In this document: piece by piece, positions 1 to 13,734 of the stretch
How positions within the stretch are numbered: position 1 is the stretch's first letter
Layout of the letters: every line of letters begins with the position of its first letter
From: Octopus vulgaris
Lineage: Eukaryota
Direction: 5' to 3'
NCBI GenBank assembly: GCA_951406725.2
Contig: OX597815.1
Location: 104,780,001-104,844,000 of the forward strand
DNA length: 64,000 nt
Made by a program: the position numbers and the translations under genes
The notes under the pieces: generated by a model
What the model was told of the DNA's origin: nothing
The model's input: the letters and a program-made list of their open reading frames with translations, nothing else
Database searches by the model: none

Positions 1-2435
1 GACATATTTTAAGACATTCATTTTCGTTTGCTTGTTATTGCATACAGACAATAGAAATACGTTGAAGTAACCTCTGTTACAATAGTATAACCAATATATG
101 ATCACAATAATAAATGAGTAACTTTGTAACAAAATATCAATAAACTCCATGTCTTTCACCTGAAGAAATGTTTAAGGCAGCTGATATACCTTATGGAATT
201 AAGATGGCAGAGATTATTTCATAAGCATTGATTTCTGTTAAGAGTGTACCCCTCAAGATATACACAGTTAACAGGCTAAAAGAATTACTTGGCAAAGTAG
301 TAAGGTGTAAAAAATTATTTGCCAGAGTGGTGTGGTGTTTAGAAAAATAAACTGATTTCAATAGCTTGTTCTATTCACAAGAACGCCATTGTTTACGAAG
401 TATCTTAATATAGTAGCCAAATCAGTAGATCAGTAGCCTTTTATTATTTTTTAAAATATACTTGCCAGTTTTTAACTGAATGGCAAGCTTGGTTTACATT
501 GATTTTAGCTGTAGAAACCTATGAAAGAGATATCTGATTGCTTTAGGTGTTTTTGTGAAAAATGCTTGGGATTACGGAAAGATTTATTTTCCACAAAGAT
601 TGATTCTTTGATTATAATTTTAACGGAAACGACCTATTGGTTCCAAGTAACTGGAGACACACGAAAAAAAAAATAGCTGAAGACATAATTATTGAAAGCA
701 TAATAATGGAAAGAAGAAAAGAATGTTCGACACACACTGAGTTGCTTTCCAAAGTAGACTATTTTATAATGAATATGTAACTACTGGATTCCATATTCCT
801 TAGAGCAATTACGCAGCAAAGCCGACCAAGATGTTTTACAGTTTAATGTAACAATAACTGCCATGCTAGTTTTGCTGTAAATTCACGTCTCGAAATTATC
901 CCTGCTGTATTTATACGAATATGATATTGAACCTTTTAGGATAATGGAATATACGAGGACATATTGTTCCTTTAACAATGTTAAATATATCTCATGCGAA
1001 TTTTATACTTTTTCACAGCTAATCTACTCTCTATAATGATTCCAAAGCGTATGTGATGTGAAAAATTCTCACATGTAAAAATGCGTGACTCACAGAAATA
1101 CGTTTCTCTATTTAAATAAAATGTGAGATGAATAAAAAAAATACTATTTTAGAAACATAACTTTCTCATAATCTCATTTCAGATCATAGCAAATACTTAT
1201 TAATCTCAAACACCATACAGAGTACTGGGAACAAAGTTTCGTTTGCATGTGCTAATATTTTGGACAATGTAAGTTGTAAATAATTTTACTTGCGTAAGTT
1301 TAATAAATATACATTGAACATCACTGAGCAAAATGACATGATTATCAGGATTGTTTAAGATACCTATTCCATAGAGAGAAGGCAAGAAGGAGAACATAGT
1401 TACCAACTACTTTTGGAAAATAAGATAACCGGTAAATACCTTACTTATATTTCTGTACAAACGTCGGCGAAGCATATTTTCTAAATTACGGAGATAAAGC
1501 TTTTGTGGATAAGTTGTAAGTAAATTTTATTGTGAGCATTCCGTAGGTATATATATATATAACATTGCAGAGCAAACAAACACCACGGTTAAGCCAGAGT
1601 GCCTTGTCTACAAATTGAATGAAATAAACATTATCCATAAGCCAGATATTGACCAGGCTAAACTAGCCGAGCTGATTTGTCAGTCTATAAAATCTTGTTT
1701 ACCTACGGATCTCAAATCTATATTTATGAAACCTACACATCTAGATGTGTATGTGTGTGTGTGTTTAATTACATTGAATGAAAAATAACTTCCTACCAAG
1801 TCTACTGGCTGCGCAAGCGCAGATGTTAGTCGAAACTGAGTAGACAGTGCATAGGTGCAATCGGAAATATGTGTCATATTTACGTTTATAGTTTCCCTGA
1901 AAGTGACGTTAGATTTCACGTATGGTAATTAACAGGTGATTTGATCTATATTTCAATAAATTTACACCAATAGACAACACTACACGCACATATCAGAAGC
2001 GTCCTCTGTACTACGAATAACGCGAGCATTTCACGAATGAATAATTCTTTTTTATCAATGAAATCACAGCTGCTGTATTTATATGTTCATATGGTAGACA
2101 TACATACAATAAATAGCTACCGTATCGTTTATATCACGCCCTTCCATTGTATAAAAGGATACTTTCAATCATGTGGTCCCGTGTCCTCTCCGAATACGGA
2201 AACTACAAGATAGGTATGACTGGAACATATTCCATCATGAGCGTTCAAAACGATCTACACTATAGATGATGATAAACAAGTATAACAACACTTACAAGAT
2301 ATGCGCTAGTAATCGCTTAACATTTTCTTTAGTAACCACGTCTTAACCCAATCACACACACAAACACACACACACACACACAGTTATATGTATGTTTACA
2401 AACAAACACATAGAACACAAGCGTACACATGTGGG

Positions 2436-2466
<31 letters not shown>

Positions 2467-2830
2467 GTAGTAGTAACAGAAAAGAGGAATTTCGGTTGTC
2501 CCCGCGTGGTGGATTGTAATGTATATAAGAAATTAAAAATACGCACACTTACATGGTTATAATATAATTTTTAATATATCGACCGGTTTCGCAATCGCTA
2601 TTCATGATATAATGTTTATTTATATGAATATATATTTTTTCTTAAGAAATTTAGTCCATGTTGTTTGTAATGAAATTCACGAGTGAATGACTTTCGAAGT
2701 TGACAAGTAAAGGGAGGTAATTGGTTGTTATTATTGTTATTGTTGTGTTTAGGGGAGATAACTGTTTAGGTTTTGGATGGGGAATAAATATGTGTACAGA
2801 AAGGAGACAGGTTTAAAAAATGTATTTTTT
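2467..2830 (-). mobile_element. Penelope-like element terminal (pseudo-LTR) remnant inserted in a (TA)n array
   Basis: About 360 bp of unique sequence bounded by (TA)n on both sides; carries a minimal hammerhead motif at 2575-2611 (-), as PLE ends do. Confidence 0.55.
2575..2611 (-). ncRNA. Minimal type I hammerhead ribozyme motif, A3:U8 core variant
   Basis: Minus strand reads TATATC-ATGAATA-GCGATTGC-GAAA-CCGG-TC-GATATA: 6-bp stem I, core xUGANxA, short stem II, GAAA, palindromic CCGG loop 3, UC cleavage site. Confidence 0.65.
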
Positions 2831-2838
2831 ATATATAT

Positions 2839-2883
<45 letters not shown>

Positions 2884-3880
2884 CATATATACATATATAT
2901 TTATATATAAAAACGAGCTGACTTTATGCGTATATACACACGGTATACAAAATACATAGTATAGAATAGAATAACTGGAAAAGAAGAATCATGCAATATT
3001 TTAAGCTTAACAGCTGTTTCAAGCATACTATGGTTTATGCCATAACCACGTTCATCATATAACAACTACTCACGATGTCATCGGAAGAATGTGGCAAAAG
3101 GCATATTTCATCGCAGTGTTTAGAAATATATAAAATTGTGAATTGCAGCACATTTTTTCGAGCGACGAAAATTTTGACACCATGTTACAAATACATGTTT
3201 AAGTCAAAGTAACGGCCTTTGCGTGATTCTGAATGTCTAACTTGTGTTCCATGCTGCAATCAATTTAGTTTCAGCGCACGACCTCACATCAAATCACTTG
3301 TTTTGCTATGCAAATACATCTACACACATATGTAGTTTTACAGGATCACATGCCTGTGCGTCTATATAGTAACACACACAAGCACGCACGCACACACACA
3401 CATACATCTGTGTATCAATATAAGCATGAATACGTAAATGCGTACGTACCTATGTGTATTACATGCATATATACATTCACATACATGCATAAATATATAT
3501 ATGCAATAACATAACTATACATTCTTACTATGCTCTGTCTGACTTGAACGTGAATATCTGACCGCTATTGTTTTTCATCGGGGAACACACTCTGTCTTAA
3601 GATGATGTGTATTCATAGCAAACGCCCTTACACCAATGAATTGCAAGTGTTATTATTGTAACGTAGTTACTCGTCGCCAATTATTGTAGTATCACCAGTA
3701 TTTATGACGATACTTGCTAATGGTATAACTGTATAGTAACAATAAAACATATTATGAAGCAAGGTAGCAACAACATAACAATCCAACAAATTCTCCACGA
3801 ACTATACACGAACCAACAAACGACATTCTGACAAACTACCAAAACGACACCGTACGACTTCCTGCGATTAACGTCTACTA

Positions 3881-3913
<33 letters not shown>

Positions 3914-4065
3914 TTAAACCGCTACTATTTATAGTCGTTCGGTCAAATCTATTCTCGTCGGGTGTGTCGTGACTCTCACCACAACAGTTATTAACACATA
4001 TCGTCCAAAGAGAGGAGGTGTTCTAAGACCTAAGGATAACAACCATCAGAAGCTCACGTTCGAAT

Positions 4066-4854
4066 CATGGGTATGTTACTCGGAAGCTTGAAGAAAACAG
4101 TAGAATTGACACGAAGCGCAGCCTCTCTTGGACACAAGACCACTACATCATATCACACTTTGAAGGCTATGCGTTTGCAATCCAGGAATAGGAGATTGCC
4201 ACAAAGTACCCGGTGAACAAGAGAGACAGTGACGCTCTTCTACTCCCAAAGTTCCACCGTATGTACAGGCTATGTCATGTTTCTGTGGAAGACATCACGC
4301 ATATGATTAGCAGCTGTCCTAAAATGTCGTCACTGTACTACGTTGCTATTTGGCACGATGCTATCGCTAAAACAATTCACAACGCCATCCGCAAAAAAGA
4401 CTGTCCTGAAATAAACACAGAAAATCCCTCTGCTATGGAGTACACTCATAAACACCAACTCAAGTAATACTGGTGGAGTATTCCCATCAAAATGTTTGTT
4501 AAATGTAAGCATAACAGGCTGAATATTGTTGTTTGGGACAGAAGGGCGCCGGTGCGTACCGTCATAGAGGTCAACTGCCCTGTAGATATAAATATCTCTT
4601 TGAAAATCTAAGAAAAATAGGATATCTATGGACAACTGCTTCGAAACCTTCAGCTTCTATATCCGGAATATGAATTCATATTCATACCAATAATAATTGG
4701 AGCATTAGGCTTTGTTAATAAATGCTTAAAGGAGAATCTGGATAAACTGAGATTTTCAGAAAGAGAAATCGACCGGCAAATTGGTACATTACAAGTGCAA
4801 ACACTGAGTGGAACAGTAAAATTATGCAAGACTTTCCTCAAGTTTCAAATGTGA
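4066..4854 (+). mobile_element. R4/Dong-type non-LTR retrotransposon, 3' fragment (zinc knuckle + restriction-like endonuclease), pseudogenised
   Basis: One frame with in-frame stops: HGYV..SLSW..HFEGYAFAIQE*EIATKY..RLCHVSVEDITHMISSC..WHD..KHNRLNIVVWD..IEVNCP..IPIIIGALG..LCKTFLKFQM*. Confidence 0.85.
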
Positions 4855-5040
4855 AATTTTCAGTGTTACCTACATTCCAAAGACGGAGCCTTGTATCTTT
4901 TTTAGAAATCGGCTACCTCCTTAGTGGAAGTTTATGATAATTAAAAAGTATAAGAGACATACATAAATTTATTCGAATCTGGTATTTTGTTCCGACGATA
5001 TTCAAAGAAACTCTGAGTACAGACGAAGTGTACCGCCAGT

Positions 5041-5293
5041 GGAGGCGCATGGCTTAGTGGTTAGGCTGTTGGACTCACGATCATAAGATTGTGGTTTCGA
5101 TTCCTGGACCGGGCTATGTGTTGCGTTCTTGAGCAAAGCACTTCATTTCACGTTGCTCCAGTCCACTCAGCTGGCAAAAATGAGTAATCGCGTGATGAAC
5201 CGGCGCCCCGCCCAGGTGGGGAATCTATATGCCAAGGAAACAGGTAAACCGGTCCTTATGAGTCGGTATGACTTGCAAAGGTAACTTTTACTT
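5041..5293 (+). mobile_element. tRNA(Arg)-like-derived SINE with probable target-site duplication
   Basis: A box TGGCTTAGTGG, B box GGTTTCGATTCC, GACTCACGATCATAAGATT resembling the tRNA-Arg(ACG) anticodon arm, central CTTGAGCAAAGCACTT, ACTTT tail; flanks TACCGCCAG (5031-5039) and TAGCGCCAG (5294-5302). Confidence 0.85.
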
Positions 5294-8200
5294 TAGCGCC
5301 AGCTTTAAACAAATACTATCTGCAAAATCTACTGACGTTAAGTCTCGACATATTCGTGTACAAACAGTTTTACCTTAAAGCTATCTCATATACGTCAATT
5401 AAAAGAGACATTTAGACAACTTAGTATCTGATTCAATGTTCGAATTAAAATAAATCCTGTAGAATTTAATATTTATATATTAGTTTATTTTTGTTTTTCT
5501 AATAATACAATATCTGTGTGTGTGTACGAGTGTGCGAAATGTGTGTTTTTGTGTGAGTGTGCGCGCGCGAAAGTGTGAGTGTGTGTGTGTGTTTGTGCGG
5601 GTGTGTCTGTATATGTGTGTGTGTGGTTAAGTGGGCGTGTGGGTGTGGCTAGTAAATCATATACGTAAGTTGTATGTATGGTTTTGGACGTATGATTAAG
5701 TAGGTTTCTGTGTTTATATATAGTATCGTGCCATCACATCTTCAAACTATTTGAAATCATATAAAACGAAATCTCATATTCTATATTTCCTTATTTTAGC
5801 AAAACAAAAATCAAAGGAATCAGAAGACATTAAAAATATTTCTCATTTCTAATTATTTAGTTTCTGCATACTAGGTGATGGTGTAGGATGTAAAGATGAC
5901 GTTCTATTATCGATATGTCATCAATGTCTGCAAATAAATGTCAGATTTAATAAGGACGTTTTCACGCGAATGGTATTAACCTAAGACCTCATTGCGCAAG
6001 TTAGCCTAATTATTTTTCATTTATTTCTTTATGTATTTCCATGTATTTGTCAGAATCCTAACATCTGGTGTGTGTATATTAGTTTGTATATATGTTTGGC
6101 ATGTATATATGCGTGTGGGCCTCTGTGTGTGTGTGTGTGTATTTGTGGCTCTGTGCACGTGTACGTCGAGTTCTTTATAATCGAACATGAATTTATGTCA
6201 GAGTCTAAAATAAACCTTACTATGAAATATAGGCCAGCATAAGAAAATACACAGGCAACACAATAAGTGACCGCATTATTTCTAAAAATTCAAAGAACGT
6301 TTATTTTCATTATTAATGAGATAGATACTCAACATATTGAGTAATTTTTACTCTACAACAAAACAATTCTTCATATGGCTTTCTGAATGAGTGTTGTTTC
6401 AAATTACTCATTTCTTAAGATTGTTTATAAATGAATTAAAGATACATAATTCTCAAAATCTCCCGTTAGTTCAGTCATGTTCAAGACTAGTAGGTCTTTC
6501 AATTATTGTTCCCAACTTCTTATTAAGATTCTTCGTGCAAAATGTTCTTTGCTCTATAGTTGTGCAAATAATCAGGTTCAATATATGCTTTGATATTGAA
6601 ATCTTTTAATATGTAAAGAGTATTAATGTTTTATTTGGAATTATATTTATTTTATCTGTGAATGTGAATGTGAACATTTTTGAGCGGCTTAGCAAAGGGA
6701 GCCAGGGGACCAAGGAATCACCTATACCCATGTAGTGTCTCCAAGACTGATGGGAGATACACTGAGGGTAAAACAAAAACAGTATTCGTGAGTTAGTGCA
6801 GCAGAAACTGTAGATAATCATCCTGAAATAAGTATAACTGAATTTTACTATAAACGGATGGCATGTCACAATAAGTAAACAATAAAAGACTGTTTTCAGT
6901 CAAAACAAAATGAATACAAGTTTAACTTATTTGTGGAAGGGAGTCGCTTAGTAATATATCTCTGTTTTACAATTGTTTTTATGCACTATTACAAAAAGAT
7001 ATACAGCAGGCGTTTATACATATTTCCAGAGACAATTGACAGCAACTATTAAATAATTGACGGTGATAATAATTGTTCATAGTGAACCTGGAATTACTAA
7101 CCAGAATTTCATACAAAACGCAGCTGATATTTTAACAAAAGTATAGTGAGGAAGTACTAAGACCCCTCAATGGAAATCAATATTAATAATAAACCTTAAA
7201 AGACAGTCACTCAAGCAGACAATTATAATGCAATATCTTTGTCATTATTCAGTCAGTAGACGAATCTGTTTCCCAGCTAATAATTAGCAAATCTAATACT
7301 GCTAATTTTGCTTCATCCGATGAAATAATAGGTAGAGGAAGAAGGTAGAAGAAATCTAATTTCTTATTTGATAAAAATTATTTGAAGTGTTTATTTAGTT
7401 AGAAGAGGAGTACAATCAATCAATAATAATGAGGTTTGTTTTGTAAGAGAGCTTGACTGTAGTTGGACAACGAGAGAGTTCATTTATAGTCATCTTAAGA
7501 TACAAAACTACTTAAGTATTTTCTGCATAACATTTCCAAATTCTAATCTTAGGAAAATTATTTCTATATATAAATATCTTTTCCCCAACAATAAGCTTCT
7601 TGAAAAGAAACTGATAATGATAATTAAAACGACAAATTCCTAAAAAGTTTTATTCGATTCAATTTTAACGAATTTTCAAAATGCTTAAGATTTACTATAG
7701 ATCTATCTTTCACCACCTTCTCAATTAGCACTTTCATACGTTACTAAATTTGTATTGAGTTCTCACCAAAAAGAGAAAAATATATACTTTTTACCATATA
7801 TATTCTAATTAAAAGTGAATTTATATCTAAGACATTTCTGATTTAAAAGTACGGGAGAATAATTTTCAATGATAAGCAGTTACCTTATTACGATTTCTTT
7901 TTTTAATTCGGTTATATTTATATACTGAAACTCATGTGCAAAGTTCAAGAAATACATGTCTTAAATCCTCCCAATAATTTCTCTGCTACTCACTTTCGTG
8001 GACACAAACATAACACTTGACTTGATTATTCTCTATTGCTGATAGTTATTCGACTAATGTTGATATATAGATAGATATAGATATAGATATATAGATATAT
8101 ATGAATCGATAGTGACCTGTTTTTCCCCATTATAAATTACTTTTATGCCAAAGCATTACTCACGTGATAGTTTTATCATTATAAACTAATAAAGTATTTA

Positions 8201-9771
8201 ACCAGTGAGCCGCTATTCCATTCAGTTCCCACTCAATATTAAATCTGTTTCCATATCTTAATATGCATCACAAAATATTCCTCACTCGTAAATACGGAAA
8301 CTTACTCGCAAAAGGTTCGTGCCATTCTGTATTTTCTAAGGATTCTTTTATATAACTAATAATGTTAATTAAAGAAAATCTTTCTTCAGAGAAGGTGACT
8401 GTATCATGAATTTTTTGCAAGAATTCATTAGACAGGTCTCTAATATTAAAAAAATGCATTAGACATTGTATGCAGCGCCAGTTACCTGAAGTCACTAGAT
8501 TTGATGTGTATATAAACGGATTGACAAGTCGCTTCTCTGTGATTGGCCTAGTGATGTAGACGCCACTGATGAAACACCAAACTGAATTGAAAGGTGATAC
8601 AATCTATACGTAATTTTTTTTCAATCTACAGAGAAAGAAGTAGATTTAACATGGTTGTATTTCTTTGTATGTCTAATTTATCTGCAGCGTATATATTGCA
8701 GAAATTTTTATACAACCAATGTACTGCACAGCTTAAAGCTTTTACTATATTTCCACCTAAGTGTATACTATTCTTATATATTTTATTTATATATTCCAAA
8801 TATAAAATAATAGATTGTCATCTGTGACCTTGCTAACACTATCAAATCTGTAATTATTCGGACTGGTTCTCCATTCTGGGCATTCATCAAACTAACCACT
8901 GAATCATTACGTGGTCGTCCATCACTAGAAATATCAGTATATTTCCTTCCGGTCGTATACTTCTCTACTTCTCTCTTAAATGGACTTGACCTCAACAAAA
9001 GACGACACAGTTGTAACGAACTTGAGAATTAGGGCTAATTGGGAACAAGTAACAACAGCAAACATCCATAAGCAGTGTTTTTTTCCCTTACTCTCCTTCA
9101 ATATCAATCTTTGTCGCGCCGCACAAAGGTCAAGTTCCACCTCTGACTAGAGCATAATGTGAAGAGAAAAGAATACCACGTGTATGATATTCTTTCTCTT
9201 CACCTTTCTGTAAATATCTGCATAAATATTTTAAGAACACCTACGCTAGTAAATAATGTGATCCTACTTACTTCAAGAACTCCATAGACTCGAGACATCA
9301 TTACACATACAAAAACATATATGCACACTTATTTACCATGACTACCAAAGCACTGGCGGATTACCATTTAACCTTCTGTTTTCAAAATATACAAAAGAAT
9401 AATCAGTTGAGTAATTTCTTGGTTTTCATTAATAAGTTCTTCTACTCCAATGCAAATATCTTATTTTTCCATTACCATAAACCTAAAATTGCCATCGATT
9501 CAGACCAAAAGAAATTCTGTTTCTGTTTGTGTGTTAAAAGATATGACTTACACTTGTCTGCCGAAAAGCTAAGAACTTAGTCGCCCTGTAAGAATCAGGA
9601 AATCAGCCGACTGTTAACAATAAATCGTATTTCTATTTTTGGAGAATAGTTCTCTTCATAACACTCCACCTTTCTGTCTCTCTCATTCACGTATTTTTCT
9701 TTATTTCACACTTGGTTCTTAACTTTATATCTTTCAAATTCGTCTCTCATTTTTCACTACATATACTTGTT

Positions 9772-9851
<80 letters not shown>

Positions 9852-9880
9852 CCTACCTACCTACCTACCTACCTACCTAC

Positions 9881-9950
<70 letters not shown>

Positions 9951-9957
9951 GACTGAC

Positions 9958-9996
<39 letters not shown>

Positions 9997-10004
9997 TTAT
10001 CTAT

Positions 10005-10078
<74 letters not shown>
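9772..10078. repeat. Compound tetranucleotide microsatellite (ATCT)n/(ACCT)n/(GTCT)n
   Basis: Directly visible tandem array. Confidence 0.98.
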
Positions 10079-10079
<1 letters not shown>

Positions 10080-10279
10080 ATCTTTCTTTCTCTCTTTAAA
10101 ATATCACGATCCATTCATATTCCACATCGAAGAAATATATATTAGTATTCTCTTTTTCAATATATTAAAATTCCCTGAGCTGCAAATTAAGTTTTAATAT
10201 ATCTGTTTTGTATTAATGCCCCCCAGCATTTTCCTCCCCACCTACCAATGTATATATTTAGTATGTATTTATAGTGTAC

Positions 10280-11000
10280 CTGGTGGGACGCTAGACTGGA
10301 AATGTCCCACAGAACTAGTGATTTCTTAGTACCACTTCAGACGGCCGAATCCACCTAGCAAGAGCACGAACTAAATATATTGATGGGTGACACCAAGAAA
10401 TTACATCAACTGGTCTAAGAACTTGACAGAGTATTAGAAGCTATGCTAGGAAGAGCTACTGAGCAAGAATAACCGACCTCTCTACGCGAACGTTTAATCT
10501 GGAAAAATATCGCTTTGCATCAGAGTATAAACGAGTCAGCATAATCACTTCTAAGCAGCATTGTAGAAGGGAAAGGAATATTCATCACCTGAGAGAAAAA
10601 AATAAGACCCTAAACAAGCTGTTCACAAGAGCTCCTACTGAAAAACGAGATTAAGAAAAAACCATTTGAGATATGTCTGAACGCTACTGAGCAAGACCAA
10701 ATCATGAAATAAAGCGTAGATGTTATTTTATGAAGGAGATGACTCACAACCCCAACGACGTCTTCGGAAACTAAGCACTGAATGCCAGCCTAAAACGTCG
10801 ATAGAGCAGAATTACCATCTTGGAACCAAGTTTAACAGGAGATGAAAAAGGCCAGAATAGGAGATGCATTGACACAAGTGATATACCTGTATCTAAAATA
10901 CACAAGTATTATAAAAGAAACATATGGGCCAAGGAGGATAAACTAAGTGAGGACAAGTTACTGCAAACACAGGTACAAATGTAGGGATTTTTATAAAATA
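10280..11000 (+). mobile_element. Possible highly decayed RLE-clade LINE fragment
   Basis: Protein-like, stop-interrupted stretch; RRCIDTSDIPVSKIHKYYKRNIW weakly resembles the pre-RT region of R2/NeSL-type elements. Confidence 0.25.
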
Positions 11001-11069
11001 TTACATTTCCGAAACATATAGACACATCCTATCAAACATCTTATCAGATCGCAACATTGCGTGGGAGTT

Positions 11070-11970
11070 AATGGGACCGGTACTCTTTCTGCCCTCCTAA
11101 TTAACCCAAATGTTCCTCAAGAATTGATTCGTATCTCAGTCTCTTCCCTCTACGCATCAATGATCTTTTTGTAATCACATCCAGCAACGCCCAATCTTAT
11201 GCAAATGACATGACTCTTCATTTCTCCTCGACTTCCAAACCCTGCATCATTCATACACAGCCTACTATATACCAAGCCAGCACTGATTTCATAATTGGAG
11301 ACCTTGTAGGCATTCTTTGGTGAGGCCATAACGGCCTTATTTCTTTTAACAGAAAAAAACCCCTCAATACTTCTCATTTCAAGAAAGTACCGTCCTACCA
11401 TACCTCCTTAAAAATCTACAGTTACTCAGCTAGGGTCCCCGCAATCTCTTCAAATGCTAGACGTGTTACGGAGTATCTGATTTGGAGAAATAATATTTTC
11501 AATATGACTAGAATTGTATCACAAAGACAGCCCTTCTCTTCAGAGTCAGAAGCTATTTCAGTTCCCAACAACTGCTGACACTCTGCAATGCTCGCGGAAA
11601 GCCAACACTGCAATACTGCACCTACATCTGGAATCGTGCTGCTACTATGCACACCGCATCCCCACAAAAGCCGCTTGACTTATTGGTATTTAATTACTAA
11701 AAGATGCCACACTTTGTCTTTCTATAGCTATTATAATAGCGTCAGTTCCTTGGAGCTAACTGGTCTTGCACTTCCACCACTCAAGCATTTCCGATTTACT
11801 CGTGTCTCTACATCTCGTTACCCTTGTTGAATTCACCCCTCTATACCCGCATTAACCACTAGTACTGGTTCTTTCTCGCAAGAACATCAGCCCTTTGAAA
11901 TCTCCTCCTTTCTTACATCTTCCCTACATGTGTTGACCTGCAACACTTTAAGTGGAATATTATCGACTTT
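11070..11970 (+). mobile_element. CR1-group LINE, RT C-terminal half to ORF end, decayed
   Basis: Frameshifted motifs in the expected order: NVPQ, RINDL, YAND (YADD-like, 11198-11209), DLVGILW*GHNGLISFN, LIWRNNI, LFRVRSYFSSQQLLTL..PTLQYCTYIW, FYSYYNSVSSLEL, RTSAL*NLL..FP..DLQHFK. Confidence 0.8.
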
Positions 11971-12397
11971 TGGAACTGATCTTGGAACGCCTGCAAGTGT
12001 TATGGGTGCAGTCTCATCCTCCAGACAAACAAGCAAAAGTTTAAGAAAACACATGACATTTGACACATAAGATTCCATAGAAAGAGAACAGCATAACGGA
12101 AATGACCAGCGCAACGTGACCTCACTTTTGTACGGCACAGTGTGTTTGAAGGCTATTTAACAGCAATCTGACTGGTAAGATGACTTAACAAGATCCATCC
12201 TTCGATTGTGCGAATGTTGGAGATACAGATTGTGAGAAATTAGCGCGATATATGGATGCGTACAGAGATAAGTACATGACAGTTGTATTATCAAAGATTG
12301 CTATTTATGATGTCCATGTAGAGGTGTCATCTGTGAGTCGTATATTTGATATGTTATTAAGTGGAAGTATATCCTTAAAAAAATAAATATATACTCC

Positions 12398-12710
12398 TGA
12401 GACCGCTCTCAGTCATGACTGACTATGGAATTGCACCTAGGAAGTTACCCTCCCAGGCACAAGTCCGGGCAAGGTTGTTTATGGACGACTAGCAGTCGCC
12501 CATGCATATCAGCCTCCCCTCTCCACGCCACCAGTGTTATCCAAGGGAAGGGCAAAGGCCGATATAGCTTGGTACATTTCTACAGCAGAGAGAACTGGAG
12601 CAACGGGAAATAAAGTGTCTTGCTCAAGAACACAACACGCAGCCTGGTCCAGGATTCGAACTCAAAACCAAAACGATCGTAAGCTCGGCACTTTAACCAC
12701 TGAGCCATGT
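12398..12710 (-). mobile_element. tRNA(Arg)-like-derived SINE with RTE-related tail
   Basis: Minus strand: CATGGCTCAGTGGTTAAAGTG..GAGTTCGAATCCTGGACCAGGC..CTTGAGCAAGACACTTTATTTCCCGTTGCTCCAGT, the same head as the 5041 SINE followed by a different 3' half. Confidence 0.85.
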
Positions 12711-13380
12711 ACTATATTTCATGTTATAGTTGTTTATTCTCAGGTCAGCCTTGATCAAGTAGATATGTGACTAAATATGTTTCAACTGTGAACATACTGT
12801 CCTTTTTTAGACGCATACTTTCCAATATGTTCATATATCTTAAAGACCGTAGCCGTCATTTTTGAGAGATATTTGGCTCCGTGTAGGAGCTTCATATGCG
12901 ATTCATATATTTCATGTATTGTATTATGAAATGGAGGTATCAGAAAAACATTAAAAATTATAAAACTAAATTACTAATATTGCTAGAATGAACTCAAAGT
13001 AGTAAAGAACATCAATGAAAAATATAACAAAGATATCATGTGATCTCTCAAATCTTGAATAATTTTTTTTCTCGAAAAGTAACTTTAGGTAAAGCAAATA
13101 TCATATCTCTATAGGAAGAAAAACAGAGTTACAAAAAGAGGGAGGGCTATACTATCTATATCAACATTCACATACACAAACACACAAATACAAACATCTA
13201 CGCCCCCCACACACACACATACACGCATATGGACATCATAAACAGCAACTTTCAAAAATAGTTGTTTTTGCTTTGTCTATAGTGAGGAAGATGTGTGTAA
13301 GTGTGTGCGTAATTCGCTATAGCAAATAACACTACAAATACAATAGCAATAAAAACTGCAGCAGCAACAATACCAACAGC

Positions 13381-13426
<46 letters not shown>

Positions 13427-13510
13427 TTAATAATGATAATAATAATAAGAACAATAATAATAATAATGATAATAATAATAATAATAATGATAATAATGAT
13501 GATAATAATA

Positions 13511-13580
<70 letters not shown>

Positions 13581-13597
13581 TGATGATGATGATGATG

Positions 13598-13655
<58 letters not shown>

Positions 13656-13679
13656 TAATAATATTAATAATAATAATAA

Positions 13680-13733
<54 letters not shown>
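13381..13733. repeat. (AAT/GAT)n array switching to (ATT)n at about 13681
   Basis: Directly visible. Confidence 0.98.

Positions 13734-13734
<1 letters not shown>

Noticed and set aside
5041-5115. tRNA gene
   Set aside because: A and B boxes are present but there is no acceptor stem, and it continues into a SINE body and tail.
6680-7350. Possible R4/Dong N-terminal remnant
   Set aside because: Only a faint KTPQWK resemblance; too decayed to support.
8566-8605. CTGATGA..GAAA hammerhead candidate
   Set aside because: No pairing for stems I-III and no palindrome-UH after GAAA.
12725-12880. Possible old SINE-like relic (similar trace inverted near 23700-23860)
   Set aside because: Too diverged to place boundaries or assign a family from sequence alone.
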